A DNA stretch of 64,000 bases from Fodinicurvata sediminis DSM 21159 (GTDB lineage: Bacteria > Pseudomonadota > Alphaproteobacteria > Kiloniellales > DSM-21159): NCBI RefSeq assembly GCF_000420625.1, contig NZ_ATVH01000014.1:470348-534347 (forward strand), given 5' to 3'. Of this stretch, positions 11,059 to 20,703 are shown piece after piece. The notes under the pieces were generated by a model. It was not told where the DNA came from and did not search any database. It saw only the letters and a list, made by a program, of their open reading frames with translations. Every line of letters begins with the position of its first letter. Position 1 is the stretch's first letter. A program made the position numbers and the translations under genes.

Positions 11059-12180
11059 TCACGCGTTGAGGCGGTTCAGTTCGCTAAGCACGGCATCGCC
11101 CATCTGGATGGTCGAAACCGCCTTGGTGCCCTCGGCCATGATATCAGGCGTGCGCAAACCGGAATCCAGGACATTCTGGACCGCCTGCTCGATCAGGTCG
11201 GCTTCCGTGCCCAGGTCGAAGGTATAGCGCAGGGCCATGGCATAGCTGAGCAGGGTGGCCAGGGGATTGGCCTTGTCTTGTCCCGCAATGTCAGGCGCAG
11301 AGCCATGCACGGGCTCGTACAACGCCTTGCGCCGTCCATTGTCGTCCACATCGCCCAGCGAAGCCGAGGGCAGCATGCCCAGCGAGCCCGTCAGCATGGC
11401 GGCCACGTCCGATAGCAGGTCGCCGAACAGATTGTCCGTCACGATCACGTCGAACTGCTTGGGATTGCGCACCAGTTGCATGCCGGCGTTGTCTGCGTAC
11501 ATGTGGTCAAGCGCGATGTCGCTGTGCTTTTCCTGGTGCAGCTTCGTGATCTCCTGGCGCCAGAGCACGCCGGATTCCATGACGTTGGCCTTTTCACTGG
11601 AGGTCACGCGCCCGCTGCGCTTGCGTGCCAGGTCAAAGGCCACGTCGCCCACACGCCGGATCTCGTTGGTCGTGTAGACCTGGGTATTGATACCGCGGCG
11701 CTGGCCGTCCGGCAGTTCCTCGATGCCGCGCGGCTCGCCGAAATAGACCCCGCCGGTCAGTTCGCGCACGATCATGATATCCAGGCCCGAAACGATTTCC
11801 GGCTTCAGGCTGGAGGCATCGACCAGGGCCTCGAAACAGAGCGCCGGGCGCAGGTTGGCATAGAGCTCCATCTCCTTGCGCAGGCGCAGCAGGCCGCGTT
11901 CCGGCTTCTTCTCGAAGGGCAGGTCGTCCCATTTCGGCCCGCCGACCGCACCCAGCAGGACGGCATCGACGTTGAGCGCCTTGTCCATGGTGGCGTCCGT
12001 CAACGGCACACCGTGGGCGTCGATGGCAGCCCCGCCCACCAGATCCTCGTCCATTTCGAAGGAAACCGAGCGTTCGCGGTCCATCCAGTCGATGACCCGG
12101 CGCACCTGGGTCATGGCCTCGGGCCCGATGCCGTCACCGGGAAGGAAGAGTATCGATTTGTTGGCTGCCATCTTGCTCAC
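11059..12180 (-). CDS. leuB: 3-isopropylmalate dehydrogenase
   Basis: 373 aa, ...[16 protein letters not shown]... and ...NLFGDLLSD...; last gene of a leuC-leuD-leuB run. Confidence 0.95.
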   Translation of the reverse strand: MSKMAANKSILFLPGDGIGPEAMTQVRRVIDWMDRERSVSFEMDEDLVGGAAIDAHGVPLTDATMDKALNVDAVLLGAVGGPKWDDLPFEKKPERGLLRLRKEMELYANLRPALCFEALVDASSLKPEIVSGLDIMIVRELTGGVYFGEPRGIEELPDGQRRGINTQVYTTNEIRRVGDVAFDLARKRSGRVTSSEKANVMESGVLWRQEITKLHQEKHSDIALDHMYADNAGMQLVRNPKQFDVIVTDNLFGDLLSDVAAMLTGSLGMLPSASLGDVDDNGRRKALYEPVHGSAPDIAGQDKANPLATLLSYAMALRYTFDLGTEADLIEQAVQNVLDSGLRTPDIMAEGTKAVSTIQMGDAVLSELNRLNA

Positions 12181-12222
12181 TTTGTCCTGTCTGCTTTCAC
12201 GGTGTCTGGAAATACTTCCGGC

Positions 12223-12831
12223 TCAGGCATAGAGCCAGGGTTGCCGGGCCTTCTGTGTATTCTCGAAGCTGTCGATTTCGGCCGCCTTGTTCAGGGTCTG
12301 GCCCACGTCGTCCAGTCCGTTCAGCAGGCAGTGCTTCTTCCAGGGATCGATATCGAAGGTGATGCGCCCGCCGTCGGGCCCCTCGATCGTCTGGCTTTCC
12401 AGGTCGACCGTCAGGGTCGCATTCGCGCCCCGCTCGGCGTCCTCCATCAGCTTGTCGATCTCCTCCTGGGGCAGGACGATCGGCAGGATGCCGTTCTTGA
12501 AGCAGTTGTTGTGAAAGATGTCGGCAAAGGACGGACCTATGACGCAGCGGATGCCCGCGTCCAGCAGCGCCCAGGGCGCATGTTCGCGTGAGGAGCCGCA
12601 ACCGAAGTTGTCTCCAACGATCAGGATCTGTGCAGACTTGTAGGCCGGCCGATCCAGCACGAAGTCCTTGGGATTGCCGTCCTTGTCGTGCCGTAGCGCA
12701 TAGAACAGGCCCTCTGACAGGCCGGTGCGCTTGATGGTCTTCAGGAAGCGCGCCGGGATGATCATGTCGGTGTCCACGTTCACCATGGGCAGCGGCGCGG
12801 CAACGGCGGTCAGCTTGTCGAACTTTTCCAT
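12223..12831 (-). CDS. leuD: 3-isopropylmalate dehydratase small subunit
   Basis: [31 protein letters not shown]... is a classic LeuD. Start set at the internal ATG of track ORF 12223..13035, whose upstream extension is spurious. Confidence 0.95.
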   Translation of the reverse strand: MEKFDKLTAVAAPLPMVNVDTDMIIPARFLKTIKRTGLSEGLFYALRHDKDGNPKDFVLDRPAYKSAQILIVGDNFGCGSSREHAPWALLDAGIRCVIGPSFADIFHNNCFKNGILPIVLPQEEIDKLMEDAERGANATLTVDLESQTIEGPDGGRITFDIDPWKKHCLLNGLDDVGQTLNKAAEIDSFENTQKARQPWLYA

Positions 12832-12857
12832 TGTCTTCTCTCCTCTTCGCGCCCTGC

Positions 12858-14267
12858 TCAGCAGGCCAGTTCGCGCACGTCGCTCAGATGACCCGAGATC
12901 GCGGCAGCAGCCGCCATGGCCGGGCTCATCAGATGTGTGCGTCCGCCGGGGCCCTGGCGGCCCTCGAAATTGCGGTTGGACGTGGAGGCACAGCGTTCCC
13001 CCGGCTGCAGCTTGTCGGCGTTCATGGCCAGGCACATGGAACAGCCCGGTTCGCGCCAGTCGAATCCGGCCTTGCGGAAGATCTGGTCCAGGCCCTCGGC
13101 CTCGGCCTGTTCCTTCACCAGGCCCGAGCCGGGCACGATCATGGCATAGACGCTGTCGGCCACGCGGCGCCCCTCGGCCACACGCGCCACTTCGCGCAGG
13201 TCCTCGATGCGCCCGTTGGTACAGGAGCCGATGAAGACCTTGTCCACCGGAATGTCCTGCAGCCGCGTGCCGGGCGTCAGGCCCATGTACTCCAGGGAGC
13301 GCTTGATGGCCGCAGACTTGTTCTCGTTGGGAGCGTCCTCGGGCCGCGGAATGGCGCCGGAGATCGGCAACACATCCTCGGGCGAGGTGCCCCAGGTGAC
13401 CAGCGGCTCGATCTCGCTGGTCGAGAGTACGACCTCCTTGTCGTAGCGCGCACCTTCATCGGACGGCAGCGCGCGCCAGAAGGCCTCGGCCTGTTCCCAG
13501 GCGCCCCCCTTGGGCGCATAGGGGCGCCCCTTGATGTATTCGATGGTGGTGTCGTCCGGCGCGATCAGGCCGGCGCGCGCACCGCCCTCGATGGACATGT
13601 TGCAGATCGTCATGCGCCCTTCCATGGAGAGGTCGCGGATCGCCTGCCCGGCATACTCGATGACATGCCCGGTGCCACCGGCCGTGCCGATCTTGCCGAT
13701 GATGGCCAGGATCAGGTCCTTGGCCGTCACGCCGGTGGGCAGGGGACCGTCCACGGTAATGCGCATGTTCTTGGCATGGCTCTGATAGAGTGTCTGGGTG
13801 GCCAGCACATGTTCGACCTCGCTGGTGCCGATGCCAAAGGCCAGCGCCCCGAAGGCCCCATGAGTCGAGGTATGGCTATCGCCGCAGACGATGGTCATGC
13901 CGGGCTGGGTCAGCCCCTGCTCCGGGCCGATGATGTGCACGATTCCCTGGCGTACGTCGTTCATGCGGAAGATCGGCACGCCGAAATCGGCACAGTTCTG
14001 CTCCAGCGTATCGACCTGGATGCGGCTTTCCTCGTCCTCGATGCCGCGCGCGCGGCCTTCCGTCGGCACGTTATGATCCGGCACGGCAAGGGTCGCCTCG
14101 GGCCGGCGCACCTTGCGTCCGGCAAGCCGCAGCCCCTCGAAGGCCTGCGGGCTGGTGACCTCGTGCACCAGATGACGGTCAATGTACAACAGGCAGGTAC
14201 CATCCTCCTGCTGATCCACGAGGTGGCTGTCCCAAATCTTGTCGAACAGCGTGCGCGGCTGAGACAT
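12858..14267 (-). CDS. leuC: 3-isopropylmalate dehydratase large subunit
   Basis: 469 aa, [17 protein letters not shown]..., aconitase-family Fe-S cysteine region (..[11 protein letters not shown]..). Confidence 0.95.
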   Translation of the reverse strand: MSQPRTLFDKIWDSHLVDQQEDGTCLLYIDRHLVHEVTSPQAFEGLRLAGRKVRRPEATLAVPDHNVPTEGRARGIEDEESRIQVDTLEQNCADFGVPIFRMNDVRQGIVHIIGPEQGLTQPGMTIVCGDSHTSTHGAFGALAFGIGTSEVEHVLATQTLYQSHAKNMRITVDGPLPTGVTAKDLILAIIGKIGTAGGTGHVIEYAGQAIRDLSMEGRMTICNMSIEGGARAGLIAPDDTTIEYIKGRPYAPKGGAWEQAEAFWRALPSDEGARYDKEVVLSTSEIEPLVTWGTSPEDVLPISGAIPRPEDAPNENKSAAIKRSLEYMGLTPGTRLQDIPVDKVFIGSCTNGRIEDLREVARVAEGRRVADSVYAMIVPGSGLVKEQAEAEGLDQIFRKAGFDWREPGCSMCLAMNADKLQPGERCASTSNRNFEGRQGPGGRTHLMSPAMAAAAAISGHLSDVRELAC

Positions 14268-14470
14268 AACTCTCGCTCCTAACCCTTACCGAATGGGGAT
14301 TTGTCCTATATATGGCCCCTGAACCGGGACTTGTCTGCCCCAGGGCGCGCGAGAATAGCGCCGCTCACCGGGAACCGCAATTCACCCCCGGGCTTTTGTC
14401 GCGAAGTTTTTTTTAAGGCTCGGATGCCCCCTGCCGTTCCGAAGCAGCCCCACAACTCAGCGCACGCAAC

Positions 14471-15253
14471 TCAGCGCGCGAAGAATGGCCCGCCCGGTCC
14501 AGGCTGGATCTGCGAGGAGTGCGCAAAGCTCTGGGCCGAAATAGGTTTGGCGGTATAGGGCAGCGTGCTGGCCGGCGCGGACGGATCGCTTTTGTCTGAA
14601 GGGTCGCCATTGTTTGCCGGACGGGACGCCTGCTGCACGGGAAGGAAGGTGTCCTCGTTGCCCGAGGCCATCTTCTGTTGTTCCTTGTTCCAGATATCCA
14701 TGACCTTGGTGCGGTAACGCAGGTTGTACTTGGGTGTTGCCGAGTGATAGCGCCCCACCGCGGCTTCCCAGGAATTGAGTTCGCGATAGTGGTCCAGGAG
14801 GTATTTCGCACTATAGGCCACGTTGTAGGCCGGATCGAAGGCTTGCTCCAGGCTGTCGAAGGCCTGCGGATGATACATCAGGTTGATCTGCATGCAGCCG
14901 ACATCGATGTTGCGCACGCCCTTGGCCTTCAACTGACGCACTTCGTTAACGGCCGCCGTCCGAGTGGGCAGATAGCGCCCCTTACCCTCGGCCATGACCG
15001 TCCAGGGCCAGGCAAAAACTGCCCGCTGTTCCTTGTTGTGCCGCCCGGATTCCGCCATGGAAATGGCCGTCAGCAGCCTGGCCGGCACACCCAGCAGGCG
15101 CTCCGCCTCGGCAACATGTCGCGCACAGAGAGTCCAATCGGACTCGACGCCGGCCGGCGCAGACTGCGGCCCCTGGGCCCTGACCGGCCAGGCCGCGAAG
15201 ACAAGCAGTCCCAGGAACATAAGGGAATAGGTCAATCTGCCAAAAGTGGTCAC
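14471..15253 (-). CDS. lytic transglycosylase (SLT domain) periplasmic protein
   Basis: SLT signature ...AISMAESGRHNKEQ...GCMQINLMYHP...YN. Probable GTG start 7 nt after a perfect AGGAGG, giving the signal peptide MTTFGRLTYSLMFLGLLVFAAWPVRA. Confidence 0.8.
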   Translation of the reverse strand: MTTFGRLTYSLMFLGLLVFAAWPVRAQGPQSAPAGVESDWTLCARHVAEAERLLGVPARLLTAISMAESGRHNKEQRAVFAWPWTVMAEGKGRYLPTRTAAVNEVRQLKAKGVRNIDVGCMQINLMYHPQAFDSLEQAFDPAYNVAYSAKYLLDHYRELNSWEAAVGRYHSATPKYNLRYRTKVMDIWNKEQQKMASGNEDTFLPVQQASRPANNGDPSDKSDPSAPASTLPYTAKPISAQSFAHSSQIQPGPGGPFFAR

Positions 15254-15484
15254 CTTGGAACCTCCTGTGAATTCACAGGGTATAGAAAGCAAACTTCATG
15301 CCACATAAGGCGGAATGATCCAGAATCAGGAGGCAGAGCCAGGTTCATGATTGTGCGTTGCAGCACGAAACAACCACTGCCCCCACACGCATCCTAGTGG
15401 CCAGTAATGGTGGAATATATATGTATTCCAACTAGATATTATTTTCGCTCTTGCACTCTCCAGGGAAATCTTTATATTGTGCAG

Positions 15485-15582
15485 TGCGGCATGCGAAGGA
15501 TTTCCTTCGTACGCCGTACGTCTCTAAGGGCGTTTCCTCCCTAGACTTGGGGCCGTGCCAAGCGCACGGCCCTTTTTTCTTT
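15485..15582 (+). ncRNA. candidate small RNA (orphan promoter + intrinsic terminator, ~100 nt)
   Basis: Near-consensus promoter (TTGCAC 15451..15456, spacer 16, TATATT 15473..15478). Predicted hairpins follow (CGAAGGA-tt-TCCTTCG), then the terminator GGCCGTGC-caag-GCACGGCC + CTTTTTTCTTT at 15548..15582. Both flanking genes are on the minus strand and no + strand gene lies upstream. Confidence 0.3.
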
Positions 15583-15620
15583 CCGGCCAGAAATTTGGGA
15601 CAGTCGGCGCCTCCGTCCTT

Positions 15621-16499
15621 CTACGCAGCGCGCAGATCCAACTGACCGAGACTGCGGATCAGTTCCGGAACCATGCCGGCCAGACGGTCGAGGCCGGCTG
15701 TGCGTTCTATGCGCGTCTCATCCATGTAAAGCCGGCGATTGATCTCGATCTGCAGGCAGTGCAGGCCTTCGCGCGGGCGGCCATAGTGCCGTGTTACAAA
15801 GCCGCCGGAATAGGGTTTGTTGCGGCCCACCCGATAGCCGGCCGCACGCAGCACCTCGGTTGCGCATTCGGTCACCTGCGCCGCACAGGCCGAGCCATGG
15901 CAATCGCCGAGCACAATATCCATCATCGGCAAGCGCGGGTCGTGCCCGCAGTTCTGCGCACTGGACGGCATGGAGTGGCAGTCGAGCAGCAGGCAGGCGC
16001 CGAAGCGCTCCCGCGTATCGCCCAGAAGGTGCGCCAAGGCATCGTGATAAGGCCGATAGCAGCTGTCGATCCGTTTCAGGGCCTCCTCCAGGGTCAGCTT
16101 GCCTTCGTAGATTTCCGCACCGTTCGCGACCACACGGGCCACCGTTCCCAGGCCGGCCGCAACGCGCGGTGAGCTGGTATTGACGTAATCGGGCAGCGGT
16201 TCCTTGAACATTGTCGGATCCAGTTCATAGGGCTCGCGGTTGGGGTCCACATAGGCCCGCGGAAAGAGCGCTCGCAGCAAGGGGGCGCCAAGCTCGGGCG
16301 CGGAAGCGAAGATCTCGTCGACAAAGCTGTCCTCGGACCGGCGCAGCATCAGCGGGTCAAGTCGCGAACGCGCCAGGAAATCGGCCGGATAGCTGTTACC
16401 GCTGTGCGGCGAGGCGACGACAAGCGGCAGGCTCTGGCGCCTGGGACGCAAGACCTCGTGACTCTCGCAGATATCGGTCCTCTGGGCCGGGCCGTCCAT
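15621..16499 (-). CDS. N-formylglutamate amidohydrolase-family protein (HutG-like)
   Basis: 292 aa with the family pattern ...LVVASPHSGNSYPADF... Lies next to cpdR, as in other alphaproteobacteria. Confidence 0.75.
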   Translation of the reverse strand: MDGPAQRTDICESHEVLRPRRQSLPLVVASPHSGNSYPADFLARSRLDPLMLRRSEDSFVDEIFASAPELGAPLLRALFPRAYVDPNREPYELDPTMFKEPLPDYVNTSSPRVAAGLGTVARVVANGAEIYEGKLTLEEALKRIDSCYRPYHDALAHLLGDTRERFGACLLLDCHSMPSSAQNCGHDPRLPMMDIVLGDCHGSACAAQVTECATEVLRAAGYRVGRNKPYSGGFVTRHYGRPREGLHCLQIEINRRLYMDETRIERTAGLDRLAGMVPELIRSLGQLDLRAA

Positions 16500-16793
16500 G
16501 CTGACTCCGCAAAATATCTGACTTCATTGCTCAATGTCCGAATGTTGCCGGCACTTCGCAACGATTTCTTTGACCTGGCACAGATCCGGTCGCTGACAGG
16601 CTTTCCAGGCATCGAAGCGCAATTCGACTCCCCTGCCCGGTCCGAATCCGCTAGTCTGCCCTTTTCAAGGCCGTCCTGACAGGGGTTCATGCTCCGGAAC
16701 GGCGCGCCATAGCAACTGACAAGCGGGACACGCGATCCCTTTGCCTGGGCAGGATGCCCGGGACCGCCCGCTCGGACTGGAGGCAGGAAACCC

Positions 16794-17162
16794 ATGGCGC
16801 GCATACTTCTGGCGGAGGACGACCCGGATCTGCGCCGGGTTCTGGTGCGCGCACTGGGTGCGGCCGGACACTCTGTCGAGGCCACGGGCAACGGCCTGGA
16901 GGCTCTGGAGACTCTTGAGGCGCAGCCGGTGGACCTGCTGCTCGCGGACATCGTCATGCCGGGACTGGACGGCATGGAGCTCTCGCGCCGGGCCGCCGCG
17001 CTCCACCCCGATGTCCGGATCATGTTCATCACCGGCTTTGCCGCAGTCACCATACATGACGGCAGAGTGGAGCACGCCCCGGAAGGCGCGCGCCTGCTGT
17101 CAAAGCCCTTCCATTTACGCGACCTGGTCCGGCAGATCGAGGCCTTGCTGGAAGCCGCGTGA
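16794..17162 (+). CDS. cpdR: single-domain response regulator CpdR (CheY-like receiver)
   Basis: MARILLAEDDPDLRRVLVRALGAAGHSVEATGNGLEALETLEAQPVDLLLADIVMPGLDGMELSRRAAALHPDVRIMFITGFAAV...LSKPFHLRDLV. Near-identical motif order to Caulobacter and Sinorhizobium CpdR. Confidence 0.85.
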   Translation: MARILLAEDDPDLRRVLVRALGAAGHSVEATGNGLEALETLEAQPVDLLLADIVMPGLDGMELSRRAAALHPDVRIMFITGFAAVTIHDGRVEHAPEGARLLSKPFHLRDLVRQIEALLEAA

Positions 17163-17288
17163 CGGCCAACCAGGAATCGCAGCAGCGTCCATCGAAAATG
17201 AAGGCAGAGGAGACTTGTCAAACACGGGCGAGGGTGCTATCTGCCCGCCCTACCGCAGGCGATCATCCCGTGCATCGCCGACCATGGT

Positions 17289-17365
17289 GCGGGCGCGTAG
17301 CTCAGCGGGAGAGCACTACGTTGACATCGTAGGGGTCGCTGGTTCAATCCCAGCCGCGCCCACCA
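17289..17365 (+). tRNA. tRNA-Val (anticodon GAC), CCA encoded
   Basis: GCGGGCGCGTAGCTCAGCGGGAGAGCACTACGTTGACATCGTAGGGGTCGCTGGTTCAATCCCAGCCGCGCCCACCA. Cloverleaf with anticodon loop tTGACAt, T-arm GGTTCAATCC, 77 nt. Confidence 0.9.
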
Positions 17366-17390
17366 TATATTTCAAGGACTTATCATACTT

Positions 17391-17452
17391 TTTTCACCGC
17401 AGGGTTCTCGCTCGTCGCGATTTCGGCATTTTCACCGCAGTTCTCACCGCAG
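17391..17452 (+). repeat. tandem short direct repeats (TTTTCACCGCAG x2 + TCTCACCGCAG) immediately 3' of tRNA-Val
   Basis: Read directly: ttttcaccgcag at 17391 and 17429, tctcaccgcag at ~17442. Non-coding, and sits at the tRNA boundary of the AT-richer segment. Confidence 0.6.
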
Positions 17453-17793
17453 TCTGTTGCAGCCGTCTGAACACGTTCCAGGGACTTTCTCTTGCGAGTT
17501 TTACGCGCTGTCAGCGGAACATGGTCCATGTACTGAGATTGGGAGAAAGCTGCACCAGTGATGGTATAGGGGAGTTGTCAGGCCGTTCTGAACAGAGGGG
17601 CTAAACTGGTGAGGGAAGGAAGCCTGGCTGGCCGCTATAAAGAGGGAAAAGCTGTTCTCCGAATACCGTTCGGACGAACGCATAGGAATGCGAATGGCGG
17701 CTCAACAACCCCGAACTCCAGTCGCAATAAAGCAACTAAAGAAGTGGGTTAAATGCTACATAGGCTGATTGCCCAGGACAGCCCCTGGACATT

Positions 17794-18723
17794 TCAGTAG
17801 CTTTGCTCTTGGAGCCAATCGCGATATCGGATGACCCCTTCATGGATTGATAGTTGCGGCTTGAACGCGAGCTCAGTCTTGATCCGCGTAGGGTCCAGTT
17901 GGCCCTGGTACAGATCTCCGGTATCCGCACTTTCATCAAGCACGACCTCAATGTCAGGCAAAGCATTTTGGAGCGTTTCGCAGACGTCCTTGAGCTGTAA
18001 AAAACGATCACTGCTCAAGTTATAAACCAGCGATGGTGCAGACTTCGCGTCAAGAGCGGCGATAACGCCCCTGACCACATCGTCAACGTATAGGTAGTGG
18101 CACGGAAAATCAGCCGGCCCAGGAATTACGATTTTCTCGCCCCTCAATCCGCTCTTGAGGGCTTCTCGAATCATGCATGCCGTCCGTCGTCCCGGGCCAT
18201 AGACCCAACCTATGCGCAAAGCCAGGCCTTCGAGCCCATGCTGATAGCGATACCCTGCCAGCAGGTGTTCACCAGCTGCCTTGCTGCCCCCATAAACATC
18301 TGTGGGAAAGAGCGGACACTCTTCTGTTATTGGCCCTTCGGAGGTCGGTCCATATGCAGCAATTGAGGAACAGTATATAAAGCGCCGCACCCCATGAATG
18401 CGTGCCGCTTCCAAAAGATTTGCAGTTCCGGTTATATTAGTTTCACAGATCCAGTATGGATTATCATTTGACACCATCGGACCGGATATTGCGCCGCAAT
18501 GTATCAAGGCATCAGCGTTACTCGACTTAAGTATTGCATGCGCGCGCAGACTATCTGTCAGCTCGGCAGCATAGCTTAGGACGTTGTGATGATTAAATTT
18601 CACCTCATCACGATCAAGGGCAATCACCTTAAAACCACGTTCAGCAAGTGCCCGGATCAACGGCCTCCCTATCAAACCTCCGGCACCCGTAACTACTACT
18701 GTTTTCGTCATTTGCATTACCAT
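17794..18723 (-). CDS. NAD-dependent epimerase/dehydratase (extended SDR family)
   Basis: TGAGGLIGRPLIRAL glycine-rich NAD motif, YGGSK catalytic YxxxK. Sits in a visibly lower-GC segment. Confidence 0.8.
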   Translation of the reverse strand: MVMQMTKTVVVTGAGGLIGRPLIRALAERGFKVIALDRDEVKFNHHNVLSYAAELTDSLRAHAILKSSNADALIHCGAISGPMVSNDNPYWICETNITGTANLLEAARIHGVRRFIYCSSIAAYGPTSEGPITEECPLFPTDVYGGSKAAGEHLLAGYRYQHGLEGLALRIGWVYGPGRRTACMIREALKSGLRGEKIVIPGPADFPCHYLYVDDVVRGVIAALDAKSAPSLVYNLSSDRFLQLKDVCETLQNALPDIEVVLDESADTGDLYQGQLDPTRIKTELAFKPQLSIHEGVIRYRDWLQEQSY

Positions 18724-18824
18724 TTATTAATAGCTGCTTACTAAGTGCATGATTCGAAAAGAATTGTGTGATTTCAGTTCGTTGTGGATTCCACGTTGTG
18801 CTGAGAAACAGATGTGACCGTAAT

Positions 18825-19130
18825 ATGTGGACCCAAACCACTCGTTTGAAGTATGACCGCAGTGCCTTGCGGCATGCAAGTGACGTCACCGATGCCAAAT
18901 GGGAACTGATCGCACCGTAACTGCCCAAACTGCTCTCTCTTGAGCAGCCGCACGCCCCCAGAACGCATTCAGTTACGACTGAATCGTTGGTTGATTTTGA
19001 CCTTGGCCCTAAGCTTAGGGCCAAGGTCACGAAGACCCGGCGCGCAATCACCTCTATCTTCGATAGCGAACCCGCATTATCCAGAACAGCCCCGATAATG
19101 AACGAATGGGTCCTGCGGCCAGGCAATGTA
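18825..19130 (+). pseudogene. decayed IS5-family transposase remnant
   Basis: ATG at 18825 gives MWTQTTRLKYDRSALRHASDVTDAKWELIAP* (32 aa). This resembles the conserved IS5/IS427-group transposase N-terminus (..YPSDLTDAEWALIEPLLP..). Reading continues out of frame (LPKLLSLEQPHAPRT...) with stops, and no intact transposase follows. Confidence 0.4.
18998..19029. repeat. perfect 32-bp palindrome
   Basis: tgaccttggccctaag|cttagggccaaggtca is a perfect 16+16 inverted repeat inside the IS remnant. A second hairpin-forming IR (attcagt-n-actgaat) lies at ~18966..18985. Confidence 0.7.
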
Positions 19131-19190
19131 AATTATTGCCAACTCAATTCTTTTTACCCAGTTTGAGCTTGGTTAGGCTGCGGTGGCCCA

Positions 19191-19748
19191 ATGGTCGGAT
19201 CGGGTACGCGGTTTTGCGGCGGAGTGAATTGGTTCATGAAAAGTGAGGGGGATATCCAGAAGTTGCAATCGAGCCGGAGAACTCATCAACTTATCGGAGC
19301 CGGGGTTGCCGCTGGCGTCATCTCGGCATTCGTGAAGTCAGGCGTGGAGACGCTGTTACCCCCCAGATTGCCGAACGTGACTCCCCCGCCCATCAGCCTG
19401 CTCGAACGCCTCGGCTTCGATGCGACGTCAATGACCTACCACTTCTCGGACCAAGTCGTGAACTGGGGCGGAAACGGGGTGCATATTCTGTTCTCGGTGG
19501 TGATTGCCGTGATCTATTGCCTGCTCGTCCATGCCAACACCATCTTTCGCGTATGGCAGGGGATTCCTTTTGGTTTGGCCATGGGTTTGGGGGCACACCT
19601 TATCGTGCTTCCGATCATCGGTGTGGGTCCAATGTTCTGGAATATCCCGTTCGAAGGGTATGTCTCGGAAATCGTCGGCACGATATTCTGGATCTGGACG
19701 ATCGAATGCGTTCGACGTGCCATCCTGGCCGACAGCCAGTCATACTGA
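19191..19748 (+). CDS. YagU-family (DUF1440-like) inner membrane protein
   Basis: ~185 aa with 3-4 hydrophobic helices and an overall YagU-like pattern. True start may be the internal Met at ~19236. Confidence 0.5.
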   Translation: MVGSGTRFCGGVNWFMKSEGDIQKLQSSRRTHQLIGAGVAAGVISAFVKSGVETLLPPRLPNVTPPPISLLERLGFDATSMTYHFSDQVVNWGGNGVHILFSVVIAVIYCLLVHANTIFRVWQGIPFGLAMGLGAHLIVLPIIGVGPMFWNIPFEGYVSEIVGTIFWIWTIECVRRAILADSQSY

Positions 19749-19905
19749 AAACGTTCCGTTTCAGATCCATGTTGCAGGAATACAGGGCTCGTCGGTTCTC
19801 TATCAGCCTCACCCACCCTATTCTTCAAGGGCTTACGCCTGCCCTTCTTCACCGCAACTCTCACAGCAATCATCCAGTGCGCTGTTGTGAATCGGGAACA
19901 TCCAT

Positions 19906-20703
19906 ATGACAGGAGACAAGTGGTTCATGCCCCCACCCGCCGGCAGGGGGTCACGGCACACACGTCTGCGGCTGTTCTGCTTCCCCTTTGCCGGGGGCGG
20001 GGCCGCAGTCTATCGGTCCTGGCAGGACAAGCTGCCTGAAGAAATCGAGGTGCGCCCGGTCTGCCTGCCCGGCCGTGAACAGCGTTTCGGCGAAGCGGCG
20101 TTCGAAGCCATCGACGATGCGGTCGCCGCACTGATCGATGCCATTCGCCCCATGGCGGCCACGCCTTACGCCTTCTTTGGCTATTCCATGGGGGGCATCA
20201 TCGCGCACCATCTGGCTTGCCGTCTCATGGCTGATGGCGCGCCCCTTCCCGCACATCTCTTCATTGCGGCCCTGCGCGGTCCGAACATGACAGCACCGCG
20301 CCGACAGCTTCATTCCCTGCCATCGGATGACTTCTGGTCCGAGGTCGCCGCATATGGCGGAACACCCGCCGAAATCCTCGAAAGCAGCGAGTATCGCACC
20401 CTGTTCGAGCCTTCCCTGCGCGCCGATTTCAAGCTTGCGCAAACGGCCTCCTCGGCCGATCTCCCCCAACTGGCGTGCCCGATCACGGCTTTCGGGGGCA
20501 CCGATGACAGCAACCCTGCACCGACGGATCTGGATGGCTGGCGGCAGGCAACAACAGGGCGGTTCGAGAAGCACATCTATCCCGGTGGGCATTTCTTCAT
20601 GGCCCAGAACGAGGTGCCGATGCTCGAGCTCATCGCGACAAAACTCGGCTGTCCGCCGGTTGCGGGTGGACAGGAAAGCTACTCCCGGACTTCGTCGAAC
20701 TGA
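19906..20703 (+). CDS. type II (editing) thioesterase, alpha/beta hydrolase
   Basis: LFCFPFAGGGAAVYRSW...FGYSMGGIIAHHLA...GGHFF are the classic TEII motifs (GxSxG = GYSMG); ~260 aa. Confidence 0.85.
   Translation: MTGDKWFMPPPAGRGSRHTRLRLFCFPFAGGGAAVYRSWQDKLPEEIEVRPVCLPGREQRFGEAAFEAIDDAVAALIDAIRPMAATPYAFFGYSMGGIIAHHLACRLMADGAPLPAHLFIAALRGPNMTAPRRQLHSLPSDDFWSEVAAYGGTPAEILESSEYRTLFEPSLRADFKLAQTASSADLPQLACPITAFGGTDDSNPAPTDLDGWRQATTGRFEKHIYPGGHFFMAQNEVPMLELIATKLGCPPVAGGQESYSRTSSN

Noticed and set aside
15451-15645. 64-aa + strand ORF in the slt/amidohydrolase intergenic region
   Set aside because: Low-complexity translation. The region is better explained as a non-coding RNA with promoter, hairpins and terminator.
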